DNA of 64,000 nucleotides from an uncultured Rickettsiales bacterium (GCA_964469525.1 CAYXYU010000002.1:26687-90686), one strand, 5' to 3'. Numbered from the stretch's first letter, positions 26,405 to 38,572 are shown. Numbers and translations are program-made. Notes: generated by a model from the sequence alone, not told the origin.

Positions 26405-28125
26405 ACGGCGGTCTGCAATACGCGTGACGATGTTTTAGCGGTTAACTGGCTGATGATATCCTGTGCCGGGCCGAAATTGACCATCATCCCCTCCTTCAAT
26501 ATGAGGATACGATCGATTGAAGTAAGGAGCCGCGGGCGGTGGCTGATCACTGCCAGCGTGGAGCCTGCCTGCCTGGCCTGCACCAAGGCACGGATCAGCG
26601 CTTCTTCCCCTTCATTATCCAGGTTGGCGTTGGGCTCATCGAGCACGATGAGCCGGGGCGAATGCAGGAAGGCGCGCGCCAGCCCGATGCGCTGGCGTTG
26701 TCCGGCGGACAGGAGCGTCCCGCTTGGCCCAATCACCGTCTCATATCCCTGGGGCAAGCGCAGGATCAGTTCATGCACCCCCGCCACTTTCGCCGCTTCG
26801 ATTACCGCTTCGTCAGAGACATTCGGCTGCATGCGGGCAATGTTGTCGCGCACCGTGCCTTCAAACAGCCCGACGTCCTGTGGCATATAGCCGATATAGC
26901 GGCCAATCTGCTGCCGATCCCATTGCGTGACGTCGGCGCCATCGAGCCGCACATGTCCGAGGGTAGGGGCCATAATGCCGACCATCAGCCTGCCCAGAGT
27001 CGATTTGCCGGCGGCGCTTGGCCCGATAATGCCGAGGCTCTCGCCCGGCCGCAGATGGAAATTGATGTTGCGCAGGATCGTCAGTTGCTTGCTGCGAATC
27101 AGATAGCTGACATTCTCGACGTGGAGGAATCCCTTGGGTTCCGGCAACAGGATGGTATCCGCCGGTAGCGGCGCCTGCGCGAATTGTTTTTGCAGCCGGT
27201 CGAACGCATCGCGGGCGCCCTCCACCGCGGACCAGATGCCGATGGACTGCTCGAAAGGGGCGAGGGCGCGCGCCGAGAGAATGGAGGCGGCGATGATGCC
27301 GCCGACCGTTGCTTCGTTGGCCAGTGCCAGCCAGCCGCCGCCGCCGATGATGCCGAGCTGCAGCAGCATGCGCACGACACGGCTGATTGACAGGATGACA
27401 GCGGAACGGCTACTTGCTGTTGATTGCAGTGCAAGGGAGGGCTGGTTCTGGGCTATCCAGCGGCGGATGAAATCCTTCTCCATGCCCATGGCCTTGAGGG
27501 TGTCCACGTGATGGGCGGCCTGCTCCAGCTTCTGCAGGCTGATGTTGCTCTCCCGGCTGGCCTGCGTCAAGCTTTCATGGATCGCCAGCTGGTTGATGTA
27601 GGTCAGTGCCAGCAGGGTCAGACCGCCAACCAGCAGCAGCAAACCCAGATATACATGAATAAAGAAGACCGCGACGATAAACAGCAACGCCCAAGGTGCA
27701 TCGAGCAGGCTGACGATGCCGCTGCCGGAGAGGAACTGGCGGATTTTGGCCAGATCGCGGCTGTTCTGGCTGCCGCTCAATCCGGGAGACGTGACAGCGT
27801 TCTCCAGGGAATTGTGTACCACCAGCGGCGTCAGCGTCACATCCACCCATTCGCCGAGCCGTGTCAGAATCAACGAGCGGATGGTGCTGAACAACCCGAG
27901 AAACAGAAAAGCGACGGCAGCCAACAGGGTAAGGAAGAACAGGGTTTCCAGACTATGGCTGGACAGCACCCGGTCGAACACCTGCAAGGAATAGATCGGG
28001 AGCATCAGCATCAACAGGTTATAAATGAGGCTGAAACCGACCAGGCTTAAAAAGACCCGGCGGCACTCCACAATCGCTGCTTCCAACGGGTCGGCAGCCT
28101 TGCCATGCACAAACAGTTTATACAT
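26401..28125 (-). CDS. Type I secretion ABC transporter permease/ATPase (PrtD/AprD type, no C39 domain)
   Basis: 574 aa with a 6-TM region. Walker A is GPSAAGKST, the signature is LSAGQRQR and Walker B is LIVLDEPNANLD. Confidence 0.85.
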   Translation of the reverse strand: MYKLFVHGKAADPLEAAIVECRRVFLSLVGFSLIYNLLMLMLPIYSLQVFDRVLSSHSLETLFFLTLLAAVAFLFLGLFSTIRSLILTRLGEWVDVTLTPLVVHNSLENAVTSPGLSGSQNSRDLAKIRQFLSGSGIVSLLDAPWALLFIVAVFFIHVYLGLLLLVGGLTLLALTYINQLAIHESLTQASRESNISLQKLEQAAHHVDTLKAMGMEKDFIRRWIAQNQPSLALQSTASSRSAVILSISRVVRMLLQLGIIGGGGWLALANEATVGGIIAASILSARALAPFEQSIGIWSAVEGARDAFDRLQKQFAQAPLPADTILLPEPKGFLHVENVSYLIRSKQLTILRNINFHLRPGESLGIIGPSAAGKSTLGRLMVGIMAPTLGHVRLDGADVTQWDRQQIGRYIGYMPQDVGLFEGTVRDNIARMQPNVSDEAVIEAAKVAGVHELILRLPQGYETVIGPSGTLLSAGQRQRIGLARAFLHSPRLIVLDEPNANLDNEGEEALIRALVQARQAGSTLAVISHRPRLLTSIDRILILKEGMMVNFGPAQDIISQLTAKTSSRVLQTAV

Positions 28126-28214
28126 GGCGAAAAGCTAAGCAGGTCTTCCGTCAAAATTCTGTAGGGAACTATCTAATGGAAAAATGATGCGGGCTATGGG
28201 CATACCACGGGTCT

Positions 28215-29537
28215 ATGGTGACGATAGCCCGGATCGGATGTTTTTATCCGTTACTTATGGCAACGGTGGCCTTCAGCATGGCGTTGCCATCCTCTTCCTT
28301 ATCGGCCCGTCTGGATGAACCGTTTACAATCAGCGATGCGATTCACCGCGCCCTGGCGACCAATCCCCGGATCAAGCGGCAGGCGCAGGTGGTAAAGCAG
28401 GCCCGGGAGGAGGTGGACGTTGCCTTCAGCGAGTTTCTTCCGCATGTCGACTATAGCTATCAGCAGGGTCGCAACCGTACCCGGACATCCACCCAGCGCT
28501 GGGCCGACCTGACACAGCGGGTCCGGGAGCTTAGGGTAGAACAGCCCCTGTTCCGCGGAGGCAGCAGCGTAGCTGGCCTGGAAAGGGCGGAAATACTGCT
28601 TGCGGCCAGCAAATCCTCGTATCTTACGGCCGAACAGCTGGTGCTGTCGGAAGCCGCCAGCGCCTATATCCGGCTGTATACGTTGCGCCAGATCATGCAT
28701 TCCATCAAAAAAAACCGCGCTGCACTTCGCGGCCAGCTGGAACTGACCAGCTCCCGTTATGAACTGCAGGACGTCACCGTTACTGATCTGGCGCAGGCCA
28801 AAGCCAGGCTGGCGCTAGCCGAAGCCGACTATGAAAATACCATGGAACAGCTGAAGCAGAGCGCCGCCATGTTCCGCCGCGTCATCGGCGTGCCGCCGCC
28901 GGAGGAGCTTGCTGAGCCCGTCCTTATCCAGCCGCTGCCCGATACCGAGGAAGAACTGCTTATGATGCTCGACGCGCGCAACCCGCGCATGCGGCAGGCA
29001 AAACTGGAAGAGCAGGCTGCCGAGGAAGGAGCCGATTCAGCGCGCGGTGCGCTGTTGCCTCGGGTGTCGCTGATTGGAACGAGCCGGCGCTCCAAGGGTG
29101 AGCGCTTCATCACCGGATTCGATGAGTTCGATGAAGATGCGCTGATGGTGAACGTCACCATCCCTATTTATCAGGGCGGGGCCAACTGGGCACGCTGGCA
29201 GGCCGCCCGTTACGCCGCCGAAGAAGCTAAATATGCCGCGCTCGATATCGACCGTGAAATCCGGGAAGAGGCTATCCTCAGCTGGGAAGCGTACCAGGCG
29301 GCGGAGCTGATTCACGAGGCGAATACCCAGGCGGCGGCGGCGGCGGAAAATGCGCTGGAAGGCATGCGTGAGGAATATAATTACGGGCAGCGCACGCTGA
29401 CCGACGTGCTTGACGCCGAGCGCGAGCTGCTGCGCGCCGAGGTAGAACTGGCGCGTTCGGAGGAGCAACGCATGAGCAGCGCCTATGAGCTGCTGGCGCT
29501 GCTCAATGCCATCAAACCGCAGATCCCGCCGCCCTAA
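28215..29537 (+). CDS. TolC-family outer membrane factor
   Basis: It has two repeated halves with long helical segments and the typical N-terminal LDEPFTISDAIHRALATNPRIK. An alternative start is ATG 28257 (MATVAFSMALPSSSLSA signal). Confidence 0.8.
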   Translation: MVTIARIGCFYPLLMATVAFSMALPSSSLSARLDEPFTISDAIHRALATNPRIKRQAQVVKQAREEVDVAFSEFLPHVDYSYQQGRNRTRTSTQRWADLTQRVRELRVEQPLFRGGSSVAGLERAEILLAASKSSYLTAEQLVLSEAASAYIRLYTLRQIMHSIKKNRAALRGQLELTSSRYELQDVTVTDLAQAKARLALAEADYENTMEQLKQSAAMFRRVIGVPPPEELAEPVLIQPLPDTEEELLMMLDARNPRMRQAKLEEQAAEEGADSARGALLPRVSLIGTSRRSKGERFITGFDEFDEDALMVNVTIPIYQGGANWARWQAARYAAEEAKYAALDIDREIREEAILSWEAYQAAELIHEANTQAAAAAENALEGMREEYNYGQRTLTDVLDAERELLRAEVELARSEEQRMSSAYELLALLNAIKPQIPPP

Positions 29538-29707
29538 CATTCACTGCTATGCCTTCTGTACATGCGGTTTTCCTGCCCGCCGCTGCACGTAATTAGCGCA
29601 CCCCTTATAATTACGGGTTTTTTATGTTTGCGTTGCCCATTCCGTATCGAAAAATTTCCTTTTTACCGGCAGGTTATAAAGGAATTCTTTAAGAAAGGAG
29701 ATTGATT

Positions 29708-30388
29708 ATGAAAACGCTTGTTCAGACGCTTGGCGGAGGCATATCCGCCGCGGCGCTTGCGCTTGCCATTACTCCGGCGACGGGCGCGCAGAATACGCCT
29801 CCGGCCGCATTGCCCGATAACTCCTATGTCACCATTTCGGGAACGGTGGCGGAGGTCTTGGACGCCGATGAGTTCACCGTGAACTACAGCGGCGGCACAA
29901 TCAAAGTGGACACCAACGATGCATGGCCCAACCTGTTCCGCAAGGAGGCGCTGGAAATGCTGAAGCCGGGCGACCGGGTGACGATTACCGGCAAGGTGGA
30001 TGATAATCTGTTTGCCCGCAAGGAAATCGACGCCAGCAGCATCTCTCATCAGGGAAAAACTTATTCAAGGGTGTACTCGCAGACGCCGTATGACACCGCC
30101 TATTACGGTTACTGGCCCTATTACGGCTGGGACGACAAGATGTATAACGACAATGTCAGTATTTCCGGCACGGTAAGCCGGGTCATCGACGATGACGAGT
30201 TCGAGATGAAGTACGGTACCGGAACCGTCAAGGTCGATACCAGCGCCCTCAATGTCGATGCGAACCGCCTGCTGCAGGTAGGTGACCGGGTGATGGTGTA
30301 TGGTGACATGGATGATAACTGGTTCAGCAAGCGAGAGCTGGATGCCGATTATCTTGTCCGCACCAACGTGTATCAACCCGCCAGCTAG
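29708..30388 (+). CDS. Exported protein with two YgiW/BOF-type OB-fold repeats
   Basis: RBS AAGGAG and a signal peptide. Two copies of the G-T-V..V.D.DEF...Y..GTIKVD......GDRV...G.VDDN.F...E.DA pattern are present. Confidence 0.6.
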   Translation: MKTLVQTLGGGISAAALALAITPATGAQNTPPAALPDNSYVTISGTVAEVLDADEFTVNYSGGTIKVDTNDAWPNLFRKEALEMLKPGDRVTITGKVDDNLFARKEIDASSISHQGKTYSRVYSQTPYDTAYYGYWPYYGWDDKMYNDNVSISGTVSRVIDDDEFEMKYGTGTVKVDTSALNVDANRLLQVGDRVMVYGDMDDNWFSKRELDADYLVRTNVYQPAS

Positions 30389-30463
30389 CCGTAATGGCCG
30401 CAGGTAACTTAGACTACCTTGCCTGCGGCCATTGATGCATACCCGTAACTGATCCCGGCAGCA

Positions 30464-31321
30464 TTACTGCTTCTCCCCACGCCGTTCCTCCAATACCGCG
30501 TTCAATTCGGCGCCGGCCAGAATCACCGTGGCGGAGTAATGGAAAAAGATCAGGGTAATGATTACTCCGCCGATACTGCCGTAAGTGACGTCGTAACGCC
30601 CGAAATGCGTCAGATACAGCGAAAAGAGCTGGGCCAGCGCCAGCCACAGGACCATAGCGGCGGCCGCGCCGGGCCAGACGTCGTACCAGCCATGCGTCCG
30701 GTGCGGAAGCAGGCGGTACAGGGCACAGAACAGCAGCATCAGCAGCAGCGCCGCCAGCAACCAACGCACGCAACCCAGTGCCATGAACTTCTCGAGTGGC
30801 AGGGGCAGGAATCCGAAGGCGAATTCGGCAATCAGCGGCCAGATGATCACCCCGAACGTCAGGAGCAGAAACGCTCCGGCACCGACAATCACTACCCCAA
30901 TGCTTTGCAGCCGACGTTTCCAGAACGGGCGAAACTCCGTAACGGCGTACACCCGGTTAAGGCCAACGCGCAGGCCCTCGACGCCGGAAGAGGCGATCCA
31001 CATCGTACCCAAGCCGCCCAGCGTCAGCAGTTCCGGCGATTCATTTTCCATGATGGATTGCAATACCGTACTAACCACTTCGGTAACTTCACCGGGCAGA
31101 TAATTCAGGGCGAACTGCATCAGCCGTTGCGACGCTTCGGGGCTACCCAGCAACCCCGCCGCTGCCATCAGGAAAATCACGAGTGGAAAAAAGGCGAGCA
31201 GGAAGGTATAGGCCGCGTAGCCGCCGAAAATGATGATGCGGTCCTTGAGCGAACGGGTCAGTGTTTGCCACAGGATGCGCCTGATGTGGTAATGCATGGC
31301 GTTTAAACGCCTAGTGCTCAT
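30464..31321 (-). CDS. YihY/BrkB family inner membrane protein
   Basis: 285 aa, about 6 TM. It contains the characteristic AAYTFLLAFFPLVIF and GSIGGVIITLIFFHYSATVILAGAELNA blocks. Confidence 0.7.
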   Translation of the reverse strand: MSTRRLNAMHYHIRRILWQTLTRSLKDRIIIFGGYAAYTFLLAFFPLVIFLMAAAGLLGSPEASQRLMQFALNYLPGEVTEVVSTVLQSIMENESPELLTLGGLGTMWIASSGVEGLRVGLNRVYAVTEFRPFWKRRLQSIGVVIVGAGAFLLLTFGVIIWPLIAEFAFGFLPLPLEKFMALGCVRWLLAALLLMLLFCALYRLLPHRTHGWYDVWPGAAAAMVLWLALAQLFSLYLTHFGRYDVTYGSIGGVIITLIFFHYSATVILAGAELNAVLEERRGEKQ

Positions 31322-33185
31322 GCACGTACGTTCCTGGCGCGTCTTCGAGTGGCTTCAGGCCTTTCGTAGGTGCGCCGATGGTGGGCGGCTTACCCTGCTT
31401 GCCGGAATGCGCCGCCAGCCATTTGTGCCACGCGGGCCACCATGAGCCTTCCTTCGGCGCGTGTTGCTTTCGCCATTTCTCCGGGCGGATATATTTCCCG
31501 CCGGCCGGACGCGTGGCCAGCCGGTAGCGGCGGCCTTCGCGCCCAGGCTCGCTGACGATGCCCCCGTTATGCCCTTTGTTGGCCAGCACAAAGGTAATTT
31601 CCGCGTCGGTCAGCAGATTGATCTTGTATACCGACTTCCATGGCGCAATATGGTCGTGCTCGGTAGTGACGACGAACATCGGCGTCCGGATGGCATCGAG
31701 ATCGAGCGTCACCCCATCCACCTCGAATTCCCCCTCGGCCAGAGCGTTATGCAGGTAAAGCTGGCGCAGATATTCGCTGTGCATGCGGTAGGGCAGGCGC
31801 GTGGTATCCTCGCTCCACGCCATGAGGTCGAACGGTTTCCCGCGTTCGCCGAGGAGATAATTCTGCGTCATTTTCGACCAGATCAGTTCGCGCGGCTTCA
31901 ACAGGTCGAACGCGGAGGCGATCTGATCCCCGCGCAGATAACCTTGCGAAAACATAATGTCCTCGAGATAGGTAAGCTGGGCTTCGTCAATGAAATTGGT
32001 CAGCTGACCGGGCTCCTCGAAATCGGTCAAGGCGGCAAACAGGGTGATGGTATGGAAATGGTCCTCATCGATCGCCGCCAGATACGCCGCCGCCATAGAC
32101 AGCAGCGTGCCCCCGATACAGTAGCCGACCATGTGCGGCTTGTGCTCTGGAATAATTTTTTGCACCGCCTCCAGCGCCTCTAGCAGGCCGTAGCGCAGGT
32201 AATCGGTGAATCCCACGTCGCGGTAGCGCGCATCCGGGTTTTTCCATGACATCAGGAAGACGGTGTGGCCCTGCTCCACCATGTACTTCACCATGGAGTG
32301 CTCCGGTTCGAGATCGAGGATATAGTATTTCATGATCCAGGCGGGCACGATCAGCAGCGGATCGGGATAGACTTCCTTCGTACGCGGGGAATACTGGATC
32401 AGCTCGAACAGCGCATTGCGGTAGACGACCTTGCCTGGCATAGTGGCTACGTCTTTCCCGATGACGAACTGCTCTACGCCCACATCGGTCTGTCCCTCCA
32501 GCCACCGCCGCGCGTCTTCCAGCATGTAGCCATAGCCTTGCAGGAAATTAGCCCCACGCATTTCCATGGTTTTTTCAAGGATTTCAGGGTTCAGCAGGGG
32601 ATGGTTCTCGGGCGACAGCGCATTCAGCCACTGGTAGCGCATAAAGCAGAGCAGGTTCTTGTGATGCTGCTCGATCCCGCGCACCTCGCAGGCATTCTGC
32701 CACCATTCTTCCGCCTGCAGGTGAGCCTGCGCCATGGCATTATAGGGCCAGCATTTCCAGCCCGCGTGCCGGAAGCGCTGCGCAAAGCGCGTATCCTCGG
32801 TGTCGAAGGCCGTGTCGTTATCGAGCCACAGATATTCCCAGCTATCGGCCAGGAGCTGCCAGACCATTTCCACGGCATCGGCGGCGAGTTCGCGCTGGCG
32901 GCTCGGCGCGAGGGCGAGATGGGCCAGCCAGTCGGTATAAGCCACTGCCAGCGCGGCAGGGGAGAATCCGGTTGTCAGTTGGCCGAACACCGCGTGCATC
33001 AGCCGGTCCATGGTCTCGCGGCGCTCCTGCGGCGGCATGGCCTGAAGGGTTTCCGCCACCTGCGCGGGAGTCATGATCTCGTCCGGGCGGCGCATCGGCC
33101 CGAACGGGAGAATCTGCCCGCCCTGGCGGAGCTTCTGCTCCAAGCCTGAAGGTTCCTTCTTCCGCGATGCGCTATCCTTTAGCAT
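31311..33185 (-). CDS. phaC: Class I poly(R)-hydroxyalkanoate synthase
   Basis: 624 aa with the lipase box GYCIGGT. It has an alpha/beta-hydrolase C-terminal half and an N-terminal PhaC region. Confidence 0.85.
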   Translation of the reverse strand: MLKDSASRKKEPSGLEQKLRQGGQILPFGPMRRPDEIMTPAQVAETLQAMPPQERRETMDRLMHAVFGQLTTGFSPAALAVAYTDWLAHLALAPSRQRELAADAVEMVWQLLADSWEYLWLDNDTAFDTEDTRFAQRFRHAGWKCWPYNAMAQAHLQAEEWWQNACEVRGIEQHHKNLLCFMRYQWLNALSPENHPLLNPEILEKTMEMRGANFLQGYGYMLEDARRWLEGQTDVGVEQFVIGKDVATMPGKVVYRNALFELIQYSPRTKEVYPDPLLIVPAWIMKYYILDLEPEHSMVKYMVEQGHTVFLMSWKNPDARYRDVGFTDYLRYGLLEALEAVQKIIPEHKPHMVGYCIGGTLLSMAAAYLAAIDEDHFHTITLFAALTDFEEPGQLTNFIDEAQLTYLEDIMFSQGYLRGDQIASAFDLLKPRELIWSKMTQNYLLGERGKPFDLMAWSEDTTRLPYRMHSEYLRQLYLHNALAEGEFEVDGVTLDLDAIRTPMFVVTTEHDHIAPWKSVYKINLLTDAEITFVLANKGHNGGIVSEPGREGRRYRLATRPAGGKYIRPEKWRKQHAPKEGSWWPAWHKWLAAHSGKQGKPPTIGAPTKGLKPLEDAPGTYVHEH

Positions 33186-33366
33186 ATCATCTTTCCTTTT
33201 GGGATATCTCGCCGCAAGCCTCCCATCCGGGAATGCGCAACGGAATGCGAAATCTATGGCAAGAATAGATTCAGGAATAGATTAAGGTTCCGCCGGCGGC
33301 GGCATTCGTCTTCCCAATTAACATGGCGGGATGGAAATAAAGATTCTATTCGAAATCCGGCAAGGA

Positions 33367-34224
33367 TTAATGAACCATGAGTACCGGAGTATCGGCGTAA
33401 TTCAGTACATATTCCGTCACGCCGCCGAAGACGATCTCGCGGAACCGGCTATGGCCATAGCCGCCCATTACCAGCAGCCTCGCCTCCAATTTGCCGGCGC
33501 GGGCGAGAAGAACTTTCCCGACTTCGTCTTCCCCGGCATTGATGATATGCATGTCGGCGTTGACACCGTGCAGCTGCAGATAGGAAACGATTCTCTGTTC
33601 GCCGAAATGCCTGCCCCGCCTCCCGGTGTGTACCGCCAGCAAATGCACCTTCTCCGCACGGGCGAGCAGGGGCATGGCGCGATCAATGGCATCCATGGTC
33701 TCGCGGCTGTTCTTCCAGGCAATGGCGATCGTGTGCTCAAGCGGCATCCGCGGCTTTACATCGGGCAGCAGGAGCAGCGGCCGGCCGGCTTCAAACAGCG
33801 CGCCGATAAGCGCACCTTCATAAGCAGACGTGGCTTGATCCCGCGACATGCGGCGCAGCAGGATAAGATCATTGAAGCGGCCCTCCTCGGCGACGACCTG
33901 CTCCATGACCCCGCTGCGATGCGAGAAGCAGATCGAGGCATGGCGCGGTGGCGGGCTCGTTTCGGAAACCACCGGCAACGCATGGCGTTCAGCCAGATTT
34001 TCAAGCAGGCGCAGTGCCTTCTCCTGGCGCTGCCGGTTTTCCTCTTCCAATGATACCGTGATTGTTCCGCCAGCATAATAACCTTCATACATGTGCGCAT
34101 CCGGGAGCACGTGCAGAATACGCAGCTGCGCCTGATGCGCCGCCGCCAGCTGGCAGGCGGTTTCCAGCATGGGCAGATCTTCTTCCGCGCCAGTGAAGAT
34201 AGCTAAAATGGATCGTATGGGCAT
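33367..34224 (-). CDS. Universal stress protein, tandem USP domains
   Basis: There are two USP-like halves; the second ends GGYGHSRFREIVFGGVTEYVL. ATG 34224 with GAGGA upstream is preferred over 34281. Confidence 0.75.
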   Translation of the reverse strand: MPIRSILAIFTGAEEDLPMLETACQLAAAHQAQLRILHVLPDAHMYEGYYAGGTITVSLEEENRQRQEKALRLLENLAERHALPVVSETSPPPRHASICFSHRSGVMEQVVAEEGRFNDLILLRRMSRDQATSAYEGALIGALFEAGRPLLLLPDVKPRMPLEHTIAIAWKNSRETMDAIDRAMPLLARAEKVHLLAVHTGRRGRHFGEQRIVSYLQLHGVNADMHIINAGEDEVGKVLLARAGKLEARLLVMGGYGHSRFREIVFGGVTEYVLNYADTPVLMVH

Positions 34225-34290
34225 GACGGTTCCTCGACAGGTTACAGGTCTTACCATAGGGCAGGGTGCGCCACTCGTCAAACCTCTGCC

Positions 34291-36669
<2,379 letters not shown>

Positions 36670-36727
36670 TTATATTCCCTTTATTTTCCGAGAGGTTGTC
36701 TATATAGGAAATTTGCATAAGAAAGCA

Positions 36728-38572
36728 ATGTGGAATTATAAGAAACTCATTAATATGATGCCCCCTATGGCTATACATCCAATCACTCAAGCGTCCTCCA
36801 CGCGCGTGGATGGCAAGGAATCCATTGCGGTCATCGGCGGCGGTCTCGGCGGTTGCCTGACCGCACTGATGCTGATCAAGCAGGGGTATCATGTCACGCT
36901 GATCGAGAAGGAAGATGCATTGTTGAAAGGCGCTAGCCGTCTCGCGGCGCGGTTTCATGCCGGGGTGGAATACCCTAAACATGAGGAATCAGCGCTCGAT
37001 CTTCTGCGCAGTGCCGTTACCTGGCGGCTATTAATGCCCGACAACATATTTTCGAATGTGGATCCGATTCGAGCCGTAGTGGGAAAGACGTCACAAGAAC
37101 TTGGGGAACTTAAACTTATACTCAAGCAACAGGGCAGAACACTTACCGAGGAGCAGGAGGCAAAGGCGCTGACGCTGGGTGAATATGCCAAGTCTTATGA
37201 AAAGGTGCGTCTTGAATATGAACGGTTGTTTAAATACGTCCAGAAGGCGATGAACTGGAGCACGGAAAAGACGGAACAGCGCCTGCTGGGGTCGTACGAA
37301 AAAGAAAAATTCTGCCCCCCGCTGGCGCTAGAGGAATATGAGGATATCCCGGGTGCGGTGGGCGGCTTCCAAAGCCAGGAACGCGGCCTCAATATCCCAA
37401 AGTACCTGGCCATGATCCAGTTCGCGTTGGAAGAGGAAGTAAAGAAAGGGAATCTGGCCCTGTTGCTTGGATGCGAAGTAACATCGTATAAAACGCGCAA
37501 TAGGAACCCGAAGCAAACGCGGAAGAAAGACGCATTGTCGGGGGAGAACGGCATCCGCGGCGGGTTCGGTAATTTCCGAGTCTATTGCAAAAAAGGAAAG
37601 GAAAGAGTCACTGTACGTGCCAGCCAAGTAGTGGAAGCGGCCCATAGCGGAGGACCGGCGATCACGCCGTTATGCGACGAGGGAGAGGAAAGCCGTGAAA
37701 TGAAAGTATACCGGCGGGCGATCATGGTGGTGGATCTGCCGGAAGGCTGGAAGCACCGGGCGTTCTTCAAGCTGCTGGGCACCGACGAAGGGATTATGGT
37801 GTCGCCCGGTCCGGATAATCTGACAGCACATGTATATGTTCTCAAAAACGAAATTCCCTACCTGAATGAAGAAGTGCTGACATCCAGGTTCCCGTGGCTG
37901 CCGGAGAACTGGGAAGATATAGCGCGTTCGGAACGCGAGGTAATCACGCAACGTTTCTTTCGCAATGCAGTTGAGGCTTATCCTCCGCTGCGCGGTGCGA
38001 CCAATCCGCGTCTCCTTGTAGGGGATACGATCAGCTTTCAGCGGGCGCTGTATCAAAGGCGCCACGAAAATGTGCAGGAGGAGGCTGTCAATGGCTTTCT
38101 TATGGCGCCTGTCATGCAGCAGCGTCAGCAGCAGTTGCAGAAGCAGCATCCGGAAATGGTGATGGAATGGAAACCGCCTGCGGCACTGGAGCATCAGCAG
38201 GGGCACTTCATCCTGCGCCTTACCAAGGCAACGCACGCGGTCGAAGCGGCGGTACAGGCGGCAATGATGGTTAAAACACGCAGCAAGATGAAACTGGAGC
38301 CAAGTCTGGTTGTGCCTATGGACCCTATACCTGTGCTGATGCATGGAACGCTGGAGGACCCTACACCGCTGATGGAGAAATACTCCCTGAAAGATATGCG
38401 GGTACCGGATCTGGTATACTTGGGGGCTTTCTGTAAATCACATGATCTTCCGCTCAGACTGCTGGGAAAGACCGGTTTAGCCATTGAACAGTTTCAATTG
38501 GGAAAAAAATCGACCTGGGTGAAGAGACTTAAGGATGATGGCAATGTTCATGAACGTGGCGCGACCCTGTAG
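36728..38572 (+). CDS. FAD-dependent oxidoreductase-like protein with long uncharacterised C-terminal region
   Basis: It has the dinucleotide-binding motif IAVIGGGLGGCLTALMLIKQGYHVTLIEKE. The rest has no motif I recognise. The start is uncertain (ATG 36728, 36755 or 36767). It is visibly more AT-rich than its neighbours. Confidence 0.55.
   Translation: MWNYKKLINMMPPMAIHPITQASSTRVDGKESIAVIGGGLGGCLTALMLIKQGYHVTLIEKEDALLKGASRLAARFHAGVEYPKHEESALDLLRSAVTWRLLMPDNIFSNVDPIRAVVGKTSQELGELKLILKQQGRTLTEEQEAKALTLGEYAKSYEKVRLEYERLFKYVQKAMNWSTEKTEQRLLGSYEKEKFCPPLALEEYEDIPGAVGGFQSQERGLNIPKYLAMIQFALEEEVKKGNLALLLGCEVTSYKTRNRNPKQTRKKDALSGENGIRGGFGNFRVYCKKGKERVTVRASQVVEAAHSGGPAITPLCDEGEESREMKVYRRAIMVVDLPEGWKHRAFFKLLGTDEGIMVSPGPDNLTAHVYVLKNEIPYLNEEVLTSRFPWLPENWEDIARSEREVITQRFFRNAVEAYPPLRGATNPRLLVGDTISFQRALYQRRHENVQEEAVNGFLMAPVMQQRQQQLQKQHPEMVMEWKPPAALEHQQGHFILRLTKATHAVEAAVQAAMMVKTRSKMKLEPSLVVPMDPIPVLMHGTLEDPTPLMEKYSLKDMRVPDLVYLGAFCKSHDLPLRLLGKTGLAIEQFQLGKKSTWVKRLKDDGNVHERGATL

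Noticed and set aside
30394-30434. 12-bp perfect inverted repeat (aatggccgcagg-N17-cctgcggccatt) between the BOF and YihY genes as a terminator.
   Set aside because: No T-run follows on either strand and the loop is long. It may still be a structural element, but I cannot support a terminator call.
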